Source: Epithemia pelagica
Taxonomy: Eukaryota > Protista > Bacillariophyta
NCBI GenBank assembly: GCA_946965045.2
Contig: OX337233.1
Span: forward strand, 2,232,001 to 2,296,000
Reading direction: 5' to 3'
Length of the DNA: 64,000 bases
In this document: positions 46,901 to 57,950 of the stretch, in pieces
Position numbering within the stretch: position 1 is the stretch's first letter
How the letters are laid out: each line of letters begins with the position of its first letter
Notes under the pieces: generated by a model
The model's database searches: none
The model's input: only the letters and a program-made list of their open reading frames with translations
What the model was told of the DNA's origin: nothing
Made by a program: the position numbers and the translations under genes

Positions 46901-47243
46901 TGGGTTGGTGGTACTGCAATCAGCAACAACAACAACGACAACAAGACAGAAAAACCAACCTGTCAACCCGTACAAGCAAAATCAGCAACGGCCAACAACA
47001 CTCCCCGATCAACAGCAATACCCCTTTGCATTCCACAGCAATCCCCATGGCTGGGGTGGTCTTCAATCCGTCCCAAGATGCATGCCCACCTTTCCTCCCT
47101 TCGGACCACCACCTCGTGTCCAAACCCAGTTCTGTTGCGTCAAGTACATGAAGTACTGCGTAGAATGAGGGAAAGGACGTCCACCCCATGACCGACGCTG
47201 CCCCAAACGAGCCTTGAACAAGGCACCATCTTCATTCTCTTGA
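43910..47243 (+). pseudogene. Frameshifted DDE-like DNA transposase (DUF6729-type / MULE-KDZ-like) with Cys/His fingers
   Basis: Four overlapping ORFs (43910-44458, 44217-45155, 45080-46258, 46182-47168) form one reading path. Motifs CPIC..HHPRC, CPCC..YKCAGC, HNHTHQVVKNY, WTMATEAGEIACAVLV, PKAMYSDTWPC, RLGLFHFIQRI, RGESKLESFH, CQCRKC, CC..YC..GRPPH..RC. Confidence 0.7.
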
Positions 47244-47639
47244 TTGACCTGAATACCTGCATGACAAACAACAAAAAGAAAAATTCGTAGTGAGTAACAT
47301 CGTAGCAAAAAAAATTATGACAAGATCTTGTGCGAGGTGCAAGCAGTTCCGATTGTGATGCGAAGCACAGACTGGACACGCCTCATCACATGCTACGTAG
47401 AACCACGTGAAAGGTCATCGGATGGTCGGGAGGATTGTACCAGTGTAGAATGTCGTTTCAATAACAAAAAGGTGCTGAAACGACATGAAGGGCTTAATCG
47501 TTTTGGAGGGGAAGTGCCTTCTCCCCTCTGAGGGAAGTTTGGAGCTTCCTAGAACATTTCATACGTCAGAGGAAACAAATGTGAGACTGCGAGCAATACG
47601 CGGATCGATTTCATGAAGGAATCTGACTTACAGAATCTC

Positions 47640-50600
47640 CTTCTTCTCTCCTTCTCTCTCCCCCTCCTCTCCCCCTCTCCTCTGCCTTCTCCCCCCCTAT
47701 TTTCAGCAGGACGCCGACCGACGCGCCGGGCATTAGGTAGCTACCTAACGCGAGGACTAACAATCGGGAGGAGCTAGCCGACAATGATCAGCCAGGTGGA
47801 TGCGTGGATAGGATAAAGGGTCTCCAAGTGTTCAGCCAGGTTTGGAGTTGATATGAGTGTGGTTCCTGGCGGAAGTGTGTTGAAAGAGAGTCGTAGAACA
47901 TGAATCGATCAGAAGGAGGAAGAGAAGAGCGAAGAGTGTACAGATGAGCAACTTCCCGTTGTGCTTGAGCTAGAGAGGCAGATTCGCGAGACGCAGAGTC
48001 ATGTCCATGGCAGTCGAGATTGCGTCGTAACCATAAATCATGGAGATGTTGCCACATAATTTTGATAGTGCCTGAAAGAAGGCGACGACCAGAAAATTTT
48101 ATGGGATGAAGCGACTGAGTCTTGACATAGGCGTCTTGTAGTTGAATCCAATCCCAAGTGAAGCGGCCAAGGAAGATTTGAAGCCATCCGATCTTGGTTT
48201 GTTGAGTAATTAGACGGGTATACGGTAAGGGCATGCTCGGGAAAACAGGGTCTGAGTCTGCAATCCAGTGAAGGACGGATTCTTGGAAGATTTATTGGAG
48301 CTGAGGATCGAAATTGTGGTCGGTCCAGAAGGAATAAAGAGCATCGAAGAGAGGTCCCGTCCAGTTGAGACGGTGAGGGCATCGTAGAAAGTGAACACGA
48401 TCTTCAAGGATATGGGTGCAATTTGGACAGTCAGATAGGTAATGTTGTGCATAGTGCTGTTTCAGAGCGCCAAGGGGAAGCCAATTGTGAATAAACTTGG
48501 TAAGAAAGTGACGGTGGGGGAAGTTCGCTCGAAGTACAGCGCCATGAATCTCCCAACAGATAGAATCGAAGTCGTCTTGGGTCCAATTGTTTTTCTGCTT
48601 AATAAATTGACAAATCAAAGGCGTACTCGCGAAACGGCGCAAAGTGTGGCGGTAGTTGTTGGTAATCGTGCCAGTGTGGCGTTGTAGATTGGCGGTTGCG
48701 CCGGTGATAAGTGGGGGTATGGTAGAGGAAACATCTGAGGGATACTGATATTGGCCAGCAAGAGCATCGGCTTGGATGTTTAATCGGGCGGGCAAGGAAA
48801 GGGAGGCGATGGATTGGAAGCGGTCTTGATGGCCTTTAACGTGGAGAAGGAGAGGTGGGGTTTCGAATTCGCGGATTGTGGATGTGATGGATTGTTGGAT
48901 GTCCCAATCCGCGGACATGGTGGAATATGGATATTCGACTGTCCATTCGAGTCAAAGATAGCTTGTGTCCACCAAACTTTGAGAGTCGGTGTTAAATCGG
49001 AGAGTTGTCGGAAGCGCAATACTATAGAAGTTGCATATTTGAACCACAAACCGAAGTAGAGCTAGAAGGCCATAACTCTCGGCTCTGAAGGAAGAGGTAC
49101 GGTAGCCAGGTGCTGGACCGGATATCGAAAACAAAAGTTGTCCGTCGGGAGTGGAACAAAGTCCTCCAAACGAGCCTCGGAAAGATGGTGCTGATCCATC
49201 GCTGCATAGAAACATAGGTAAAGCTTGGGAGAAATGTGTTGAAAGATCTTGAGGTGAACACAAGAGTTTGAATCGGCGGAGAAGAAGAGATTCCCAAGGG
49301 GTTAATTGTTCAATGAACGTGGTGAGAGTGGTAGGAAATGGAGTCGGAGCAGTCACCACAAATGACTTGTACGGAAGGATGGTCTTGTAGCCATTGGGTA
49401 GTGTCTTAACCGAAACAGGAACAGAGATTGACGGAACAAGAAGGGTCACAGAGGTCGTAGGAGCAAAGTGATTGGCAAAATTCTTGAAGACCTGTAGTTG
49501 CGAGATTCTCGGATAAACAATCTTGCTGTATTTGGACAGTAATAAGCTGACCATTTTCGTTGCGTTTTAGTTCCAGTGACAAACCATCGGCCGAGAGGTA
49601 TTTGCAGAGCTAAAGGATTGGGGTCAGAAGTAGAGAGAACCTTCTCAGTGAGCATTCGACGCCAGAGTTCCCAAGAGGTTTCATTGGGACGATCTTGATA
49701 CGGAGTAAGGCCACGAATCGTAGACTCTGTAGATAAAACACCTTGATACGCAGAAAGAAGAAGATGTGCCCCTTCACAAGACGTGATGTCGCTCACTAAA
49801 ATTGCTCCTAGATAGAGACGGCACGCATTCAGAATTTTCAAGTCCTTGTCGTTTGATGTAAAACGAAGCGCATGATCCATGATGAAGGAATCTGTTTCGC
49901 GTTGAATTGGTGGGATAAACGGGCTTGCTAAGTCGATCCAACAATCCAGCTTGCAGAGAAAGTCGCGGACAGATGGTAGCCATGACATTGGTGTGAGATG
50001 TGGTAGAGGAGTTTTCACGTCGGAAAGTATTGATGTGCTGGTGCCTGCCAAACATTGGCCCCAAGATATCATGATCAAGGCTAGATCAGATAGTAATCCT
50101 TCTGAGCGCAAGCAAGACAAGAGAGTATAAACTTGAGCTATCCCTCTCTTGATGTGTAGTTGTCGTAAACCAATTCCTCCAAAGTCTTGAGATCCATACA
50201 CAACAGAGTTGGGAGTCGTGCGATTATACCCGCATTTCGGTAATAATACCTTCTTGAATTGTCTTTGAAGTGTATTGCATCGTGCCTTTGAAAGACTAGA
50301 GGATGGCATTGGGTAGGTAATGCTTGGTAAATAGACAGCATGGTAGTAGGACCATGCGTCCGTTCGAGTGAATGGGCTCCTGGCCATGGTTGTGGTATGA
50401 TGGGAGTTGCGCTTGCTAAGAGCACGAAACAAACTTCTGTCAGTTGAAGCAGGCGACTTTTGTACCCCTAATATTTTGTGGCTGCTGAATGCCGAGAGTT
50501 GTTGCAATGGTCGTGATGGAGTAGTAGGAGTGAATTGTACAGTGATTCTTGGGCCAAATTCTCCATTCTGCAGGACGGCGAGTCCTTCGACAGTAAACGT

Positions 50601-50910
50601 GTAATACAGAAAGTGATATGTGCACTTCTGATCTTGAAGAGCTCCTCCAGAGACACGGAGGATGTCATTCCAGCGTTGTGCATCATGGTTTGCTCGTTGG
50701 ACATAAAATTCGGGTGCTTGTGGCGCTGGTAGGTCGAAAGCATTCACACTACCGGAAGTGTCATCCACAAATCCTATCATAAATACATTTGCACTGACAG
50801 TCCCATCTGGGGATTGAAATGTTGCAAGATGAGCGTCTTTTTCGTAGGCTTCAAAAAGTATGGAGCTGATCACACACCATATAAGCTGGGGAGTTTCCGG
50901 CGCCTTGACG
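47640..50910 (-). mobile_element. 5'-truncated non-LTR retrotransposon (RT + RNase H + C-terminal zinc finger; Ambal-like), disrupted
   Basis: QGAGNSPA.IWCVISS (with a +1 frameshift), MIGFVDDTSG, RNase H residues CSDGS / RAESYG / TDSQSL / HVKGHQD / ADALA, CPNC..EDRVHFLRC. ORF broken into 50873-49446, 49554-48952, 48918-48292 and 48234-47788. Confidence 0.9.
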
Positions 50911-50924
50911 AAGATGAAGCTTGG

Positions 50925-50983
50925 ACGTCGAAACGCGACTGAACTCGCTCACTGCAGTCCCTCCATCGTCGGCTGTCAGTCGC
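50925..50983. repeat. Right copy of 59-bp direct repeat (probable target-site duplication)
   Basis: Matches 33678-33736 except T33726/C50973. Lies about 15 nt from the 5' truncation point of the RT. Confidence 0.95.
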
Positions 50984-51215
50984 GTGTTAGGGGGCAGCGT
51001 CATTCATTTTTGTTGTTGCGAGTCGCTCTGTTTTTCTCGTGAAATGCTGCCAACCGCTCATGTTCGTACGTTTGTTTTGGTTGCCGTTCGACGTTGCCTC
51101 TTGTCGGAACTCTAGTTCGTTGATCAGAAATTCTTCTTTGGTTGTAGTCTTGTACCAAACTCCTACTTGCAAACATTGACCCATTGGCCAAGAAATCTTC
51201 TGGAAGGATCGTACA

Positions 51216-52966
51216 ATGGTGTCGAAACTTTTTCTTGTCGGCATCAACATTGCCTCACTTTTGGTTGGCAACGACGCATTTCAACCTCTGAATGCCTTCG
51301 TCGGTCAACAACCCAAGTCGTTGCCGTTGCAACAATGGGAAAGCAATGATCGTACGCATACCAAACGATCGACCTTCCTCAATGCCGAGGGAAATGATCC
51401 TAAGCCATCCGACGTGAGTGGTCGTCGAGCGTTTCTGCATTTGCACCACTCCCATGCTCACCACCACCATCTTTTCTCTTGTCCTTGGAATCATGTTCTT
51501 TTTATTCTTTCCTTATGTGATGACTTCGCCCACAGAAAATGGACGTGGTGTACAAGTTTGGTGGCAGCAGTCTTGCAGACAAGGATCGTATCGACCATGT
51601 GGCCCACTTGATCAAGGGACAGATGGAATTGGGATACCGACCAAGAGCCGTCGTTTGTTCAGCCATGGGGAAAACGACCAACTCCCTTTACAGTGCTGGT
51701 GAATTTGCTCTCGAGGGAAGAGTGAATGTCGATGCTATTCGTACATTGCATGCTTCCACCATGGACCATTTCGAGTTTTCTGACAGGGTGAAGGAAGAAG
51801 TGAATGGCCTGTTGGATGAATGTGAGGACTTGCTCAATGGCGTGCGTCTCATTCAAGAGTTGAGCTTAAAGTCGTTGGACCAGTTGGTGTCCTACGGAGA
51901 ACGTTGTTCTGTTCGTATCATGGCTGCTCGATTGAATCAAATTGGCGTCCCAGCCAATGCGTTTGATGCATGGGAAGTAGGTATCTTGACGGATAGCACC
52001 TTTGGCGACTCCAAAATCTTGCCCAAGGCCGATGCGGCAATTGCCAAGTCCTTCTCACGCATTGACCCCAATGTGGTGGCAGTTGTGACTGGCTTTATCG
52101 GACATGATCCCAAGGGAAAGATTACCACTTTGGGTCGTGGAGGGTCCGACTTGACGGCCACGGCGTTGGGTGCCAACATTCCTGGTGTCGATGAGATTCA
52201 AGTTTGGAAAGATGTGGATGGTATTTTGACCACAGATCCACGCATTGTATCGGCTGCAATGCCTGTAAGCGAAGTGTCGTACGATGAAGCCAGCGAATTG
52301 GCCTACTTTGGAGCGCAAGTGTTGCACCCCATTGCCATGCAACCTGCGCGAAAATGCAATGTTCCCGTCCGAGTGAAAAACTCGTACAATCCCAGTGCTG
52401 TGGGGACCTTGATTCGGAATACAAAAGAAACGGACCCCTTGGTCACTGCCATTACATGCAAACGAGACGTCAAATTGCTCGATATTAACAGCAACCAAAT
52501 GTTTGAAGCCCACGGATTCTTGTCTAAGGTATTTCGAGAATTTGAAAAGCACTCTCTCTCTGTGGATGTGCTTGCCTCTTCGGAAGTCTCCATTTCCTTG
52601 ACGTTGGACAAGAAGCAACGTGACGCTGACATTCAGGGTTTGATCGACGACTTGAGTTCCTGTGCCGACGTGACGGAAACAAAGGGACTGTCAATCCTCA
52701 CCTTGATTGCCGATGTGGATCGCTCGTCGGAAGTGTTGGCAACCGTCTTTCGTGTGTTTATGGCGACTGGTATTCAAGTCAAAATGATGAGCCAGGGTGC
52801 CTCCAAGGTGAACATTTCCTTCACTGTTCCAACGGCATCATTAGACTTGGCGATTGCGGAATTACATAGGTGTTTCTTTGAGAAACATTGCCGAGTGGAT
52901 GTGGCCACTCCTCCCTCAGTGGAGGACGTCAATGGAACGGATGCCAAAGTCTTGGTAGAGAGCTAA
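51216..52966 (+). CDS. lysC: Aspartate kinase (monofunctional, ACT domains), plastid-targeted, 2 exons
   Basis: Exon 1 (51216-51413) has a signal peptide plus DAF; intron 51414-51535. VYKFGGSSLA, VVCSAMGKTTN, SYGER, TTLGRGGSDLTA, WKDVDGILTTDPR, ELAYFGAQVLHP, QGASKVNIS. Confidence 0.96.
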
Positions 52967-53351
52967 AGGAGCGCTTCTATGAGACGCTGGGGGTGCAGGC
53001 TATACTCGAAACTGTGATCGAACGCCCTCTGTGATTCTATGGTCTTTTTGCTTCCATAGGAAGATGCCCATTCGTCGATCCAGTGTTTGTATTCCATTAA
53101 CTTCTATGTCTCTGCGTTAGAGCGACGTATCATTAGCATAGCTAATAGCTCTACCCCTACCTTACTTCATTTTGCCGGCGTACATGATTTTTCCGCAAAA
53201 ACTCCAATCGGATTTTCTTCATTTCTGTTAAAATATATTATTTACCCCAAGTTTGTTGGAAGGAAGATTTCGTCCGCTGGGTCCTCCCTGCATGATGAAC
53301 ACACTGAACAGTGGCATTCAAGACAACTAGGTAGTGTGCCTGTACCGAAAA

Positions 53352-53897
53352 ATGATCAAGGGAATAATAATAGTCAATAATCATGGGAAACCCCGTTTGG
53401 TCAAGTTCTACCAAAATGTAGAATCGGAGGCATTGCAACAATCGGTCATTCGGAGAGTGTTCCAACAAGTGGCAGCTCGACCGGATTCCTTCTGCAATTA
53501 TTTGGAAGGCATTGTTCCGGAATGGGGTGACAATATCAAATTAATATACCGGCACTACGCGACGCTCTACTTTGTTTTTGCCGTTGATCAACAGGAGAGT
53601 GATTTGGGGATTCTTGATTTGATTCAAGTTTTTGTGGAAGCATTGGACAAATGCTTTGAAAATGTTTGTGAATTGGATCTCATTTTCCACTCCGATCGCG
53701 TCCACTACGTTTTGGATGAAATTGTCATGGGTGGAATGGTGTTGGAGACAAATATACATGCGGTTCTTCAGTCGATCAAAGATCAGGGCAAAATGCATCA
53801 AGATTCATTAACAAACACAACCACCTCAGGAACGCAGTCTGCCAGCAGCATTCAAAACAGACTAGGTGGTGACCACAATTATCAGTACAATTGGTAA
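53352..53897 (+). CDS. AP3S: AP-3 adaptor complex sigma subunit
   Basis: MIKGIIIVNNHGKPRLVKFY, YRHYATLYFVF, LDLIQVFVEALDKCFENVCELDLIFH, LDEIVMGGMVLETN. Confidence 0.93.
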   Translation: MIKGIIIVNNHGKPRLVKFYQNVESEALQQSVIRRVFQQVAARPDSFCNYLEGIVPEWGDNIKLIYRHYATLYFVFAVDQQESDLGILDLIQVFVEALDKCFENVCELDLIFHSDRVHYVLDEIVMGGMVLETNIHAVLQSIKDQGKMHQDSLTNTTTSGTQSASSIQNRLGGDHNYQYNW

Positions 53898-53999
53898 TCA
53901 CCCTTGTCACTTTTTTGGCAAGAAAAGTCCTTGTCTTGGAACAAAGTGGTGATGATGAAGTGACAACAGTTCCAGTTGTTATATAAATAAAAGTCGCGC

Positions 54000-55120
54000 T
54001 TATTCCTTGTCCTCGCCGACTATTCTGAGCATGTAGGTGAACAAGCTGATAATGTCATTGTAAAGAGTCATGGCTCCAAAGACATAGTCCTTTTCATTCA
54101 TAGGATGGTGGGAATATTTGCCGCCAACAATCGTTTTGGTGTGGTATGCCACATAGCCAGTAAACAAGGTCGCACCAAAGAAGCAATATGCCTTTTCACT
54201 CACGGGAAGAAAGCCTTTTGGCAAAACTCCAACCACTTCCAACAACTGAATGAACCCAAGAAAGAGGAAAATGAGACCACCCTGAGTCAAGGTGGTACCA
54301 AGTTGAGACAAATCATATTTTGAATTCCGCTGGGCATACGTGTACAGCGAGATTGCCGAAGTGGTCGCTCCCACAGTGAGCATGGCGCTAACCACGGACC
54401 GAAATTTGAAGAAAGAAGTCAGAAATCCGGCAGAGATTGCTTCTCCAAGGGTAAAGAGTACCAAGAGTTGCCATTTGCCGGGAGAAGAACGACGGGCTTC
54501 CGTCGAGGCGCACATGATAAACCATGTTACGGTACTGATAAGAAGCGACAGGCCGGGAACAACGGCACCAAACCCTTTGGACGACTGAAGCCACTTCGAC
54601 GCCCAATCGTTGGTTCCAAACATAAAGACAGAAGCAGCAGTCACCAACATTTGACACGACAAAATTGCGTACACACGAGCTGAGCGCAAGTTTCGAAAGA
54701 GGAAAACGCACACCAAGTCAACAGATGAGTTGAATTTGACTTTCATATCATCACATGTCATACTCGAAGATAAAAAGGACGCATCTTACCAATAAAGGTG
54801 TTGCGAGAGTCTCGTGTCAAGAACGCGTCCATGGTTTCTTTGGCTTCATTTTGTTTGTTTGCTCGTGAACCCGTCTTGGACCATGGGAGAGCCACGGTTC
54901 TGGGTGCAATTCTTCCAGAAAGAGCTCCACCGCGAACCAAAGCCAAACGAGGACTAATCGATTCCACCGACAAGTCGGATTCCGTGCCAAGTCTAGACGT
55001 TGCCTTCCGGGTAACAGCTTGGGATTTTCTGGCGAACAAATGGGATGGGGCAGCGCTTTCACTGGCTGCTGCACCCAGACAGAGCAGCCCACATAGAAGA
55101 GAGACCAGGATCGTCTTCAT
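54000..55120 (-). CDS. Bax inhibitor-1 / TMBIM (LFG-like) membrane protein, 2 exons
   Basis: Exons 55120-54790 and 54679-54000 total 337 codons. RNTFIARVYAILSCQM, several TM helices, DYVFGAMTLYNDIISLF. Confidence 0.9.
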
Positions 55121-55554
55121 TGTCAGAAATCTCTTTATCGTCGAAATGGATGATGTTTGCGTCGATTCTCGTCGGTTACATCAATGTCGCAAGGGCGAAG
55201 TTGATGACGTGACGTGTATCTTGTATCTTCCTCCTCTCTTTCTTCTAGTCAGAAATTTACCACGATCACGACCAAGCACGACCAATAGAATGAGAAAGCG
55301 TTAAACAGACGTTTCTTGCTCACATTTTTACGGAAATGGAGAGATTTCTTTCCTTCATCAGAAAGCTGCGTTCTGTACGAAGATGAAGACACTACGGTAG
55401 GTAGAGGAGTAATTCGGGAGTCTATACTCTTTCGTTGGCTGGTGTTCTCATAGAAGAAGACACAAAAAAACAAGTGACGTTGATGCTGGCATAACCACCA
55501 CCACAAGGCAAATGGTGGAAAACGGCGGTGAGGCAGTTCACATGATCTAGACTT

Positions 55555-56523
55555 TTAGAGGTCATAGAGAACCTTAGATACAATGGGTGCTAAACTCTTG
55601 CCCAGGGTTTGGTAGCCTTTATCTGAAAAATGCAATCCATCGGGTGACCAATTTTCCCCATTTCGTTCATAGGCAAAGGGAAAGGGAACGTACACAGAAC
55701 CATGCCGCAGGTCGTTCTTTGGTGACTTGGACTGACAATACCGTTCCAATTCTAGATTGACCTCTGCCGCCAAGGCGTGAGCATCAGAATCCATGCTTTG
55801 ATAGGCCGAAGGAGGGATCCCAATCGCAAGTGTATAGGGGACACCCTGGTTGTGACAGTGTTCATGCAATGCCACAATGGATTCGACAATGGGCCCTGCC
55901 TCCTTTTGATAGGCCAAATCATTCGTCCCCGCCGGCAAAATCACCATGGACAAGGACGGTTCTTGAATGGTTTGAATTAAGGTTGCCAATCCATTGGGAC
56001 CATGGCGATTTTCCAGCAATTGTCCACTGGTCCAACCAGGAAACCCTGCATGACGCACCACAATCGGTGTGGTGCTGGACGGTTCCATTGTTTGTTCTTC
56101 TTCTTGTTGTTGTGTTTTTAGAGCGTGTTCCAAATGCGGTGCATACGGATAGTTTTGGTAGGAAGGAGGGGATGTACCAGCAGTCAAGGAGTCTCCAAAA
56201 CACAAGACTCGTCGTTCCTGTTTTCCATTGCTCGCTGTTGTAGTAGAAGACAGTCCTTGAACGAACAGTGAAGACATGGTACCAGTGCTCCTTCGAAAAG
56301 TACTTTGAAGAAAAGTCGAGGAATGGGAACGATAAGGATTGAACGACCACAAAAGAACCGACACAAAGGCCAGGGGACGACTGGCTGTTGTCCACAAAAT
56401 GTGGTTCGTGTCGAATCGTTCACCAAACACAAGAAGAAGAACACAGGAAATCACCCAGAGAGGTCGATACTGATGGCCCAAAGAGAAACACTCAAGCAGT
56501 CGCCCAGTTCTTGTTACGTTCAT
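55555..56523 (-). CDS. SGNH/GDSL hydrolase family protein
   Basis: Blocks VLCFGDSLTAG, HAGFPGW, AGTNDL, PDGLHFSDKGY. Confidence 0.9.
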   Translation of the reverse strand: MNVTRTGRLLECFSLGHQYRPLWVISCVLLLVFGERFDTNHILWTTASRPLAFVSVLLWSFNPYRSHSSTFLQSTFRRSTGTMSSLFVQGLSSTTTASNGKQERRVLCFGDSLTAGTSPPSYQNYPYAPHLEHALKTQQQEEEQTMEPSSTTPIVVRHAGFPGWTSGQLLENRHGPNGLATLIQTIQEPSLSMVILPAGTNDLAYQKEAGPIVESIVALHEHCHNQGVPYTLAIGIPPSAYQSMDSDAHALAAEVNLELERYCQSKSPKNDLRHGSVYVPFPFAYERNGENWSPDGLHFSDKGYQTLGKSLAPIVSKVLYDL

Positions 56524-57950
56524 GACAATGATGAATCTCTGTGTGTCGGTTCCCGCTGTATTGATGCGCGAGCGTATCTTTGGTCGTCGATCATCAGAGG
56601 TTCGCGAAAGATACGGGAGTCACGAGTCATGGAATTAGTTACACCTTATCTGTTACCAAATAACTTTTCCCTCCGACTAGATGTCCGCTTCTTAGCTCGT
56701 CTGTTCGGGCAAGACAAACCCAATCTCACAGACAAAAAATGAATGGAAATTTCACATCCATCGGTGGAAAGGCTGGCGTGATGTGACAGTTGGAAGATGG
56801 CAGGCGTTCTGCTCAACAAGACTCAAAATAGTGTTCTCAGTGAATTCACGGGTCACAAAATCGATGCAGGCAACAAAACGAGGCAATGACCAAACCAACA
56901 CCAAAAACGGCATGCTTCGTCCCTGGCCATCTCATCTCATCTTTGTCACTGCACATCCATCATGGTAAGTTCTGGAATGGCTAATACTTGCATTGGAATG
57001 GACAATGTTTAGTTGTAGGCTCTCACTACGTTGCCAGTTGCCATAGTGTGTCATTTGTTTGTGCCATGTAACATCCATTTTGGTCGATGCCATGTGGGGC
57101 TGCTGGCATCATTTGTAGGATTCTTATAGGACAAAATAGAGCTATAGACCTCAATTAGGAGTAGGTAGGATAAGTGGAGGAAGCCATCCATTTTTCCTCT
57201 GCTGTCGCTCAGTTTGGGTCTTTAGTGGATTGTGATGTCGACCTGCTCCTGTTGTTCTTTTTTTGTTGCCATGAGCATGACTTGTCTTTCCCAGCAGTGC
57301 AGGGGACTCTACACTCTATATGCTTCATAACGCAACTAGAAAGAGACGTATTCTAAAATAGGACTCTATGTGGTTGCAAAGAGACAAGCCTACGGCAACG
57401 GCACGGTGTTGTGGAGGAGGGTCCACTATTAAACGGACACAAACACTAGAAACAACCACACTTCTCCTAGAAAAAACAAAGAAAGGATGGGGTAGAGCAA
57501 AACACTATCTATGGTCTATATGTCAAATGTCCATGGTGTGCAGATGATGGAGAATGCATTGTGATGGTGCATGTCCATTATCCATGTCAAAAGGTGCGTA
57601 GTGAAAATAATGTGGGTCGCAACTTGGGACGACAATCAAGAATGGGGAAGACCAACGGTCAAAGTGCGCACGCCTGCTCACAAAATTTCAAAACGGTGAT
57701 CCAGAAGGCCGGCGTGATCATTTTCATTTTGACCCGAAATTTTCTTCAAAAACGCAAAAAAACCAAAATTAAAATGGTTGGTCGCGGAGAGCGGCTGGGG
57801 GGCTAAGAAGCGGACACCTAGTCGGAGGGTATTTAATAAACAACACTATATTACCATCACTGGGTTGTGAATCGGTGATGGACCGACAGTTCGGATCTTT
57901 CTTGGGGGTGACAGCTTCTCATTATCTCATTATTGGTATCATCCACAAAA

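Larger units (their letters stand above)
33737..50924. mobile_element. 17.2 kb nested mobile-element island inserted between the parvulin and aspartate kinase genes
   Basis: Bounded by the 59-bp direct repeat. Contains YR, REase-kinase, DDE-like transposase and RT/RNase H sequences and no recognisable housekeeping gene. Confidence 0.85.

Noticed and set aside
57000-57900. CpG-poor, TAG-rich intergenic stretch with a TATTAAACGGACAC motif reminiscent of pogo-like TIRs
   Set aside because: No matching second TIR or TSD found; may be an old TE remnant but cannot be supported.
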